64,000 nt of DNA from Epithemia pelagica (lineage: Eukaryota > Protista > Bacillariophyta), in the NCBI GenBank assembly GCA_946965045.2, contig OX337230.1:310001-374000 (forward strand). Direction: 5' to 3'. The notes beneath the pieces are model-generated. The model ran no database searches. It was not told where the DNA came from and saw nothing but the letters and a program-made list of their open reading frames with translations. Below, piece by piece: positions 56,301-64,000 of this stretch; within the stretch, counting starts at the first letter, position 1, and each line of letters begins with the position of its first letter. The position numbers and the translations under genes are program-made.

Positions 56301-58518
56301 CGATGAACAATATTATGATGCGCAGGAACAAGACAATAATGATGCGATCAATGATGATGCTATGGAGGGTGTGATGGATATGGATGCTGATGATGTGGAT
56401 GATGGAGGGGAGCTAGCCGGTGGAATGGAGGAGGAGGAGAAAGAAGAAGAAGCATCTGAGAAAGAAGAAGAAGCATCTATCACGGTGGAGGACGTGGGGA
56501 TGGATGATGAAGAACATGAACAGGTGAACAACAACCAACCCCAAAATGAACCCCGATACAATTTACGACCGAATCGACAACGAAGCTATGCCCATCGATA
56601 CGGACATTCTTATGCCGCAGTGGACAAGCTTCAGCGTGGACGTTACGATGGTTATTTGAGAGATGGAATCCTGTATTTGGTGTCAACTGAAATCAATATG
56701 GCAACACCACAAATGCCAATGAGGAAGGGCATCAAGTTGTTCGGTGATAAAGGGGTGGCTGCTGTGAAAGTAGAGATACAGCAGTTACACGACCGCGGTG
56801 TTCTACGAGCTGTCTACAAAACTGATCTAACTTGGAATCAAGTGCAGGAAGCGTTAGGATACTTGATGTTTCTAAAACGCAAGCGCTGTGGCAAAATCAA
56901 AGGACGAGGCTGCGCTGACGGGAGAAAACAACGAGCGTATATTGAAAAACCCGACTCGGCCTCACCCACAGTTGCTACTGAATCCGTCTTCATCACTGCC
57001 GTGATTGACGCTTTAGAACGACGCGTGGTTGCAGTAGCTGATATACCAGGGGCGTTCATGCACTCCGACATGGACCCCGACGTATATATGCGGCTAGAGG
57101 GATTGATGGCTGAGCTATTGTTGGAAGTCGACTATGACACCTACGCTCCTTTCTTGACCTATGAGAAAGGTCAACCGGTGATTTATGTAGAGATGCTTAA
57201 AGCTCTTTACGGCACGCTCCGTGCCGCCCGCTTGTTTTGGGAGAAGCTTCTTACCGCCGTGCTCAAGAGTTGGGGATTTGTTATCAATCCCTACGACTCG
57301 TGTGTTGCAAACAAACAAGTAAACGATCGACAGCTCACTGTTACGTGGCATATCGACGATTTAAAAGTCTCGCACGTGGATGGCAAGGTAGTTCAGCAAT
57401 TTTTGGATGACCTACGAGCGGAGTTCGGACAGTTGGGCGAGATCTCAGTGTCTGAGGGTACTCGACACGATTACCTTGGCGTGTTCCTAGACTATGGGGA
57501 AGATGGTGTGGTTCAAGTGGATATGAGATCATATCTTGACACCATCCTACTTGACTTACCGAAAGAATGGATCGGTCGTGCCCGTAGCCCGGCAGCGAAA
57601 CACTTCTATCATGTGAACCCAATGGCTCGCAAGCTGGATGAAACAAGAGCAGACCGGTTCCACAGTGTAACCATGCAACTCGCCTACATGGCCCAACGTG
57701 GTCGCCCTGATATACGGACTGCCGTGACTTTCCTCAGCACCCGTGTCATGTCACCTGATGATGATGACTATCGTAAGCTCGGACGTGTTCTGAAGTATTT
57801 ACAATCCACACGCGATTTGATCCTACGCCTAGAAGGTGACCCAATGATGCATCTGTGGTGGTGGGTTGACGCATCTTATGCGACTCATCCCGACCTCAAA
57901 GGACACACTGGGGGTTTCATGACCATGGGAAAAGGAGCAGTGGTGACAGCATCATCGAAACAAAAACTTGTGGCCCGTAGTTCCACTGAATGTGAACTCA
58001 TTGGGGTACATGATGTACTCCCGTCTATCATCTGGACCAAGAACTTCATACAGGCCCAGGGCCATGATATCAAGGACGTAACCCTACATCAAGACAATCA
58101 GAGTAGTATTCTATTGTCGAAAAATGGACGGTTATCCAGTTCTAAACGAACCAAACACATCAACCTTCGCTACTTTTATATCACGGATTGCATCAAGCGC
58201 AAAGAGCTGGATATTGCATTCTGTCCGACTGAAGAGATGGTCGCAGATTTTTTTACCAAGCCGTTACAAGGTCGCATCTTCTACCAATTGCGTGATATCA
58301 TCATGAATGTACCATCGGATAGTAAATATCATTCCTCGGCACAAAGGAGTGTGTTGAGGATAGCAGAGCAACCGGTGATTATCGAGGACCAAGGTGCGAC
58401 TAGCAACGGGAAGAAGGATCTGAAAGATACGGAGTCATGGACATTGGTTTGTCGACGTGGCAAAAGCAACGAAAGAACGAACAAGAGAGCCAACGCTCAT
58501 TCAATGGAGAATACGTAG
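53383..58518 (+). CDS. Copia Gag-Pol polyprotein, 1711 aa, intact
   Basis: Protease LLDNQST; integrase TIDVMHVN, LADG and VERYIRTVKER; RT ADIPGAF and WHIDDLK; RNase H VDASYA, QDNQS and ADFFTKP. The stop lies inside the 3' LTR. Confidence 0.97.
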   Translation: MSQQGSANRPDTVESSSRSSGQQRQGRGGRGRGRGWQNQSQQSNSPRFQGQEPSLKECIFDYSEDPQSKRYLRNVELLIGYVGSNFDRHNQEFQQALEALELPNPEEATKPKDPTDMIQMEEWKMAYKARQEQMVLYKNFRAALYSLIMGQCTPLLKDKLQAHETFGEIKKMRDGVDLLKLIKQITFTFDSGRIFTLVARDKLKEDFYSLRRRNNQSLHSYYEVFRAKVKVMNEAGIVLYDKDMLERVAKEKKHTAPSPDDHEDAQNRCIAIRFIRSCGNKDYEAHLQNMFLDGQNVYPKTLANARAILDNRMTGKPKNNPGQSNGQPDNATGVAYVTSGETSMPDSTLTGHSNATTATGTQASGSQASTTQSRSNRTNSQAEGNNESNRGVLTSSNRGSFVNCNSPDYVFSSSTMQASIPPQWLLLDNQSTVDIIKDPSLLKNIHSSETPIVIQSHAGQRTLQLRGLLPGYGIVWHDPEGPANIISLNNAHTRFHIKYDSDHGNSFALHDRATGRLKHKFNPSPEGLFYLDTSMLQSSFVTTVSKNEDSYSPEEIRRAKLARSLLAKIGRPSTKDYLHILRHNLLPNANITTDDVHRAEKIYGQDLGTLKGKTTRRKSPFVDTSKTVPPRIPEEHKDVTLTIDVMHVNNVPFLVTTSRKIHFGTMDAIQSTTDANIIQSLKKTVAVYRRGGIRPRIVLADGAFTSDDIQASLQLLGITINPTARDEHVGDVERYIRTVKERMRCVYNTLPFDALPKVMLIELAKFATFWLNCFPHHTGISKTQSPRLLVTGEHVDFNKHCRYEFGQYVQCHEQHDNTMAPRTIGAIALRPTGNRQGSYYFLSLTSGRVITRNHATALPMPAEVIQRVHQLAQSQEMQPGLAFGNRDNRILFLDENNELFDDDDDSYEDVQDMDEDLRYDNDLVENELAEDDMPGVENVINEPEPNHPLDNLDLEPLEIQGVGAEANLPDPVDDEQYYDAQEQDNNDAINDDAMEGVMDMDADDVDDGGELAGGMEEEEKEEEASEKEEEASITVEDVGMDDEEHEQVNNNQPQNEPRYNLRPNRQRSYAHRYGHSYAAVDKLQRGRYDGYLRDGILYLVSTEINMATPQMPMRKGIKLFGDKGVAAVKVEIQQLHDRGVLRAVYKTDLTWNQVQEALGYLMFLKRKRCGKIKGRGCADGRKQRAYIEKPDSASPTVATESVFITAVIDALERRVVAVADIPGAFMHSDMDPDVYMRLEGLMAELLLEVDYDTYAPFLTYEKGQPVIYVEMLKALYGTLRAARLFWEKLLTAVLKSWGFVINPYDSCVANKQVNDRQLTVTWHIDDLKVSHVDGKVVQQFLDDLRAEFGQLGEISVSEGTRHDYLGVFLDYGEDGVVQVDMRSYLDTILLDLPKEWIGRARSPAAKHFYHVNPMARKLDETRADRFHSVTMQLAYMAQRGRPDIRTAVTFLSTRVMSPDDDDYRKLGRVLKYLQSTRDLILRLEGDPMMHLWWWVDASYATHPDLKGHTGGFMTMGKGAVVTASSKQKLVARSSTECELIGVHDVLPSIIWTKNFIQAQGHDIKDVTLHQDNQSSILLSKNGRLSSSKRTKHINLRYFYITDCIKRKELDIAFCPTEEMVADFFTKPLQGRIFYQLRDIIMNVPSDSKYHSSAQRSVLRIAEQPVIIEDQGATSNGKKDLKDTESWTLVCRRGKSNERTNKRANAHSMENT

Positions 58519-58574
58519 TTCGATAAGCCTATAAAGAGTTGCTTTTACGGCACGGCTTGTTAGAAGTTTCAACA
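58352..58574 (+). repeat. 3' LTR, 223 bp
   Basis: Preceded by a short purine-rich ACAAAGGAGTG (putative PPT). Confidence 0.97.
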
Positions 58575-59510
58575 TGCCTTCCCATTTGTGATACCATCCG
58601 TTTGGTTGCTGCTCACAGAGTCGACAAAAACACCATCTTTTCCTGTCCATTTGTGGCAGTGTCGCACAGGTACGATTCAGACGCCCACCAATCGCGGCAA
58701 TCTGACTGGCAAGAGCCACCATACTGCAGCTCGCAAGGCCTTTTACGAAGGGTGGGAGATTCCAGACGCGGTTGCGGTGCGTATCCAAGATTTCCGCGGT
58801 CTGACTGTGTCCTCCCGCCACAACGAGACAAGATCCCACGGCTACCATTCCACACTTATAACGTTGTACGGGAAAGCAGCAAATCAGAATGAGTCGTCCA
58901 AGCGGACGAGAAGGAAATCACTGTAGACAAAACGTCGTCGTTTCTCTTGTCACAAGGCTTTGGAAAGTCCAAATACTCCACCGAGCGTTTTTTGCAGCCG
59001 CCAACGACAGAGATGCGGCGACCAGTGACCGCGCAGGCACAAGTACTCCGAGGAATGTTCATGCTTGGTCCCGTAGTAACAGAATGGTTGCAAGTATCAA
59101 TAATATCCACCGACGATGAGACCTCCTACGATTTCCCCCTGTTGCGTCCACCCATTAAAAGAATACATCGATCGTGAACCGCAACAGCACGGCATCCTCT
59201 TCGTTCCGTTGATAAGCGACAATTAAATGTCATCCAATTGATCTCATGTATGCTGCTTGTTGTAGAATATGATTGCAGCAAATCGTTGGCATCAATTGGT
59301 TCTATACAATCCAAAATTGAATGTCCATTGCATCCTCCCACAACGTAGATGCCTCCGTTGCACACAACAGCGGCATGTCCAACACGTTTCTTGTTTGACG
59401 AGTTTGGCTTTGATTGATCCAACACGAGAAGGGAATTGACATAGCCTCCCATCAGGATGACGGTTGTTGCGTCGTTGGTTTTGTCTTCGTGTTATCGGCA
59501 CAATATTGAA
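58575..59510 (-). pseudogene. Kelch-repeat protein pseudogene
   Basis: VILMGG, GIYVVGG, CILLMGG, RISVVGG, CLVVAGG and IAAIGG repeats spread over three frames (frameshifts ~59130 and ~58865); interrupted by the Copia element. Confidence 0.8.
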
Positions 59511-59734
59511 AATATCGCCTCGCGTTCTCACGCCTACGCGCTTAAATAAAGAATTCGCACCACATATCTTTCTTTAAGTGCTCGACGGTGACAACTCAGA
59601 ACGCATACGCTCTACAATTTCTGGGGGAAGACTCCATCCAATTTAATTTTGCCTCACATAATCTCTGTTGCCACCTGAGTCCAAGTCGCCGCAGGAGAGT
59701 TTTCGCAAATCACATACCCCCGTTTCCGAAAAGG

Positions 59735-60220
59735 ATGAACATGTTTCGTTCCTTTTTGACTCTTGTTGTCCTGGCGTTTTCCTATACTGGCATTTGTGAG
59801 GCGGACGATCCCGAGCCCTCCACTCTCCGCCGGACGGCCGATACGACAGAGGCTGTGGCAGAGCAATTCGACGACATGGCTCAGGCTCAGATCTTTGGGG
59901 ACTGGTTTGGTGGTAGCGGTATTGACGTTGATGGCGCTGACGTTGGATTGGGAAATATTTTTGCTGCTACTGTCATAGGTAACGTACAAGCTTGAAATTG
60001 TGGACGTGGAGAAGCACTGTCTAATCTGTTTTGCATTCTTTTGTTTCAACCAGGTATTGCGCGTAACCCATCATTGGCAGACGAGCTTGGCCGAACGGTT
60101 CTTTTTGCCAGTTTCGTAGTTGCGAAAGGAGTCGAAGTCCTGTCTGATGATACTGCTCGCGCGGAAGTGTTCTCTATTATCGACAAGGTTGCTTTGGACT
60201 TGTTTCCCCACACACCCTAA
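59735..60220 (+). CDS. Signal peptide fused to atp9/subunit-c-like sequence, copy 1, 136 aa; intron 59979-60053
   Basis: Spliced product contains GADVGLGNIFAATVIG|IARNPSLADELGRTVLFASFVVAKG; N-terminus MNMFRSFLTLVVLAFSYTGICEA. Confidence 0.7.
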
Positions 60221-60909
60221 CCTTCACCACCCCCAACTTAACGAACCCCTGCCCTTATGCCAACATCTGCAACCCGAAGTTGGATGGGGAGGACAACGCA
60301 AAACGCAAAGCTCGTAAACCGCCGCCATTATATCGTTGATGTGATGGAATATGCAAAAAGACTCTTTGAGATGAGTACATGATGATGGATTTCGGTTTCA
60401 AGTTGATTGAGGGGCCCTTTGAGCCACGCGGAACATTGAAAGTCTATGCTGCAGTATTTGCAGTTCTAAAGTAGTAGAGGGCATGATCGATGGGTCCAGA
60501 ATTCTAAATGGAACAGAGGGAAGAGATTTTTAATACCTATAGAGCTAGCTGGAGAAAGAGGAGAGCTTTACCACCACCACATTCATGCAATTGGGAAAAA
60601 TAATGACAAAATCGAAAATCAAAATCCCCTCGCGTGTTCGACGGTACGCGCTTACATAAAGAAGTCTATCTTCTGACCACCACGTACCACTTATCATCTT
60701 TCTTTAAAACTTGAAAAAAGAAAAAGGGATACATATAGAATTAGTGCTCAACGGTCACAACGCATAAGCTCTACAATTTTGGGGGGGACTCCAAGGATCC
60801 ATCCAATTTAGTTCGTCCTCACATAATTTCTGTTGCCACCTGAGCCCAAGTCATCTACTTGGGCCGCAGGAGAGTTTTCGCACATCACATACCCTCGGTT
60901 CCGAAAAGG

Positions 60910-61379
60910 ATGAACATGTTTCGTTCCTTTTTGACTCTTGTTGTCCTGGCGTTTGCCTTGACCGGCATTTGTGAGGCGGACGATCCCGAGCCCTCCACTC
61001 TTTGTCGGACGGCCGATACGACGGAGGCTGTCGCAGAGCAATTCGACGACACGAATCAGCCTCAGATCTTAGGGGTCTGGTTTGGTGGTAGCGACAATGG
61101 CGCTGACGTTGGATTGGGAAATATTTTTGCTGCTACTGTCATAGGTAACGTACAAGCTTGAAATTGTGTACGTGGAGAAGCACTGTCTAATCTGTTTTGC
61201 ATTCTTCTTTGTTTCTACCAGGTATTGCACGTAACCCATCATTGAGAGACGAGCTTGTTCGAACGAGTCTTATTGGAAGTTTCGTAGTTGAGAAAGGAGT
61301 CGGATTCCTGTCCAATGAGATTGCTCGAAAGAAAGTGTTCTCTATTGTCGACGACATTCTTTTGGACTGGAAGGTCTAG
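60910..61379 (+). CDS. Signal peptide fused to atp9/subunit-c-like sequence, copy 2, 130 aa; intron 61145-61221
   Basis: Spliced product contains GADVGLGNIFAATVIG|IARNPSLRDELVRTSLIGSFVVEKGVGF; same intron position and phase as copy 1. Confidence 0.7.
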
Positions 61380-62072
61380 CAAGAACCGCTATGCAACATC
61401 TGCGGCCCGGAAGTAGGATGGGGAGGACAACCCAAAGCTCGAAAACAGCCCCCGTGAGATTGGTGATGTGATGGAATATGCAAAAAGACTCTTTTGATGA
61501 GTAAGCGATGGATGTTGCTTTCAATTTGATTCGGGGAACATTTCAGCAATTGGTAACATTGAAAGTCTAAGCTACAACATTAGTTATGTAAGCTTACGAT
61601 GTTTGGAGTTTGGATAGAAATTTCATGAGTATAAGGAGAAAGGAACACATGCAACCCTTTTCTTCATTCTCTTTACGTCTACGGATAGAATAGTAGAGGG
61701 CATGAGAGATTGAATAGTTTGCCCGATGATGTAAATGGGGCGGGAATGAAGAAAACTACCATGACAGCTATGTGTTGCACCTGTATGTCATCGCCCCTTT
61801 TTCAACGATGGGCAAAAGGGAGCGCCTCTGCCACAAAGAACCACCCCCACCCACAAAATGTCTCTCATGAGAGTGTGTCCAATTCTCCTCGTTTGGCCGA
61901 ATCAACATCAAGTTCTATCTCTTAAATCAATAGACAATATTAACGCTGAGTAGTTTCTGTCACAAAAGCTGTATGCACGCGGCACAATGCTCTTCATTGC
62001 ATTCATCCAAACGACGAGAGAGAGCGGAAGAAGAACAAACAAGCAAGTGTCTCGTATCAAAATCCTCTTGTC

Positions 62073-62074
<2 letters not shown>

Positions 62075-62108
<34 letters not shown>
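62075..62108. repeat. (TC)n microsatellite
   Basis: About 17 TC units. Confidence 0.9.
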
Positions 62109-62110
<2 letters not shown>

Positions 62111-62384
62111 CTTCTTCTTCGTTTGGAGTTCTTTGGTTGTTGTATTCCTCACCAGAGAGGAGTACGGTACAGTGAAAGACGCATCGTCGACACTGACTCG
62201 GACAAGGAAGAAGAGGACAAAGGGTGTCGTGTGACGATTTTCCTCCAGAGAAGTGTCACGATCCACTTTCTAGTTCTCTGGTTGGCTGGCGAGTCCACAA
62301 TCCAAACATATCGTTTTCTTCCTTGTTTGTTTTGGGGGGGCGCATTCCTAGTTTGTAAACACCACCACCAGACACACCACCATT

Positions 62385-64000
62385 ATGTGGGGTAATTTTC
62401 GAGGAGTTGGATCGGCCATGCGCGCCATTGGAGATGCCATGGCACCCACTGGGGATGATTATGAAGAGGAAGACGACGAAGAATATGAAGAGGATGAGGA
62501 GGAGGAGGAGGAAGAAGAAGACGACGAGGAAGAAATTGTGTTGCAAGATGCGGAAGACGACGAAGATGAGGAACCACCCAATGCCATGCAACAACAATTG
62601 CGACGTCAATTTTATAACAACAACAATCACAATCAGCATCCTTCGAAAACAATGGGTACCAATTCTACTGCTGATACAACAATTTCCAATCCATCCTTGT
62701 CCAGTACCACCAAGCCTTCAACCATGACTCCCAAACCTCCTCCTTCGCCATTGGTTCCGGCAGCTGCTTCTGCGGCCACAACACTACCAAGGCAAGCACC
62801 TAACAATGATCATCATGCCGATGAGGAAGAAGATTATGATGATGAATCAGCCGTCACGGACGATTTCGATGAAGATGACATTGATTTGTCCATTGATGAC
62901 GACGATGATGACTCGATTGATACCGCGGGGGACGAAGAACCGGGCTCGCCCTCTTTGAACAGCAGTAGCTTTCATCGATCCAGTCGTCGCAACAAAAAGA
63001 AAATGAGTAGTTCATCCATGTCTGCTGCCGTTTCCTCTCCGCCGTCCTTGCTGGGAGCACCACGGAGATTGTTGCAAGCGTCGCCCCTCGTCACCGGAAC
63101 CAACAACAATAATCAGGCATCTCCCTTTTCTTCGTTGGTATCGGGGGTGTTGAAAGCTGCCGCGGTCGCTGGACCGCAAGGGCCCGTGGATGAGGATAAC
63201 GATGAAGAAGACGTGGACGAGGATGACCTACCGCTTCAACGGAGAGTCGGTCGTCCCCATTTGAAGAAACCTCCCGAAGCTACGGCTGACACTGTGCCTC
63301 CCACCACAACAGCCACTGCTGCTGTTGGTACGGATCCCAGCCATTCGGGTCACACGGATCCCAGTCACACGGACGACGACCCTGACGACGATGACGATGA
63401 GGATGTCATGCCGAAATTGGAACCCTTTGTATCTTCACGAACCGACGAAGAAGTCAGCGAAGATTGGGACGATACAACCATGGATCATTCCCAATCCTAT
63501 CATACCATTACGGACGATCACTTGTCCTTACAACAATCCAGTCATAGCAGTAGCCACAATCACAAGTCCTTGCTCTTGCAATCGCCCAAGGAAGGCAAAG
63601 ATGATGACGACGATGATGATCCGGAACCTCTCATAATTACCGAAGCCGCCGTTCCGCCCCTATCCACGACTTCGGCCATGAAGAAACCAAACAGTTCCTT
63701 GCGACCGCGTCCTCCCAGTGCACCAATTATATCCAAGGAACCAGTGGCTTCGTCGAACAAAGCACCGCCACAAACAGCTTCTTCTTCTTCGTTACCAACG
63801 ACCACTCCGTTGACCCACAATCTACCAGACAAAACTAACGCCAACTCGGCGACCGGAGTTTCCGCACCACGAAGGGCACCTCCCCCACCACCGCATCGAG
63901 CAACCAATCAAGATTCTGTGCCAAAAACGACAACAACAACAACACCATCCTTGGTCAAGGAAGAAGAATCCACCACCAATCCCATTGCGAGAACTTCCGG
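62385..64000 (+). CDS. Acidic low-complexity protein, N-terminal part (runs off the window)
   Basis: Open frame from ATG 62385 (MWGNFRGVGSAMRAIGDAMAPTGDDYEEE...) with no stop seen up to the edge. Confidence 0.7.
   Translation, partial: MWGNFRGVGSAMRAIGDAMAPTGDDYEEEDDEEYEEDEEEEEEEEDDEEEIVLQDAEDDEDEEPPNAMQQQLRRQFYNNNNHNQHPSKTMGTNSTADTTISNPSLSSTTKPSTMTPKPPPSPLVPAAASAATTLPRQAPNNDHHADEEEDYDDESAVTDDFDEDDIDLSIDDDDDDSIDTAGDEEPGSPSLNSSSFHRSSRRNKKKMSSSSMSAAVSSPPSLLGAPRRLLQASPLVTGTNNNNQASPFSSLVSGVLKAAAVAGPQGPVDEDNDEEDVDEDDLPLQRRVGRPHLKKPPEATADTVPPTTTATAAVGTDPSHSGHTDPSHTDDDPDDDDDEDVMPKLEPFVSSRTDEEVSEDWDDTTMDHSQSYHTITDDHLSLQQSSHSSSHNHKSLLLQSPKEGKDDDDDDDPEPLIITEAAVPPLSTTSAMKKPNSSLRPRPPSAPIISKEPVASSNKAPPQTASSSSLPTTTPLTHNLPDKTNANSATGVSAPRRAPPPPPHRATNQDSVPKTTTTTTPSLVKEEESTTNPIARTS

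Larger units (their letters stand above)
52408..58574 (+). mobile_element. Full-length Ty1/copia (CoDi-like) LTR retrotransposon
   Basis: Identical TG...CA LTRs; gag-PR-IN-RT-RH order; flanks TTCCT / TGCCT (5-bp TSD with one mismatch). Confidence 0.97.
59535..61710. repeat. Tandem segmental duplication (~59535-60490 and ~60645-61710)
   Basis: Upstream, coding, intron and downstream sequences align (e.g. TACGCGCTTA.ATAAAGAA, AACATTGAAAGTCTA, TAGTAGAGGGCATGA). Confidence 0.85.

Noticed and set aside
59735-61379. Functional nuclear-relocated ATP synthase subunit c
   Set aside because: The leader is hydrophobic then acidic rather than a mitochondrial presequence, both helices are degraded, and copy 1 lacks the catalytic Glu.
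1-64000. tRNA, rRNA or snRNA genes
   Set aside because: None recognised by eye; tRNAscan-SE or Infernal would be needed to exclude them.

Overview
Eukaryotic nuclear DNA with short GT-AG introns, most consistent with a pennate diatom (CoDi-type Copia element, plastid-targeted SET protein with bipartite presequence). Bases 1-~25,000 are transposon DNA. They hold a >18 kb Plavaka/CMC-like DNA element with a transposase, a spliced accessory gene, two convergent Cys-rich paralogues, a large RING-RING-TET/JBP-like dioxygenase gene and a ~200-bp minisatellite. It abuts a decayed AcademH-like element (DUF6589-type transposase plus truncated RecQ-like helicase). Bases ~25,900-51,700 are mostly ordinary host genes: Rubisco-LSMT-like SET protein, disabled full-size ABC transporter, TPX2-like protein, RBM34/Nop12, 2OG-Fe(II) oxygenase, CDPK and amino-acid transporter. 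A young intact Ty1/copia element (52408-58574, identical 223-bp LTRs) sits in a Kelch pseudogene. It has no tRNA-type PBS; the 14 nt after the 5' LTR are perfectly complementary to an LTR segment just behind an Inr-like motif, which suggests self-priming. Near the right end is a tandem pair of intron-containing genes in which a signal peptide is fused to sequence resembling ATP synthase subunit c (atp9). Family assignments come from motif recognition by eye; no database searches were run.
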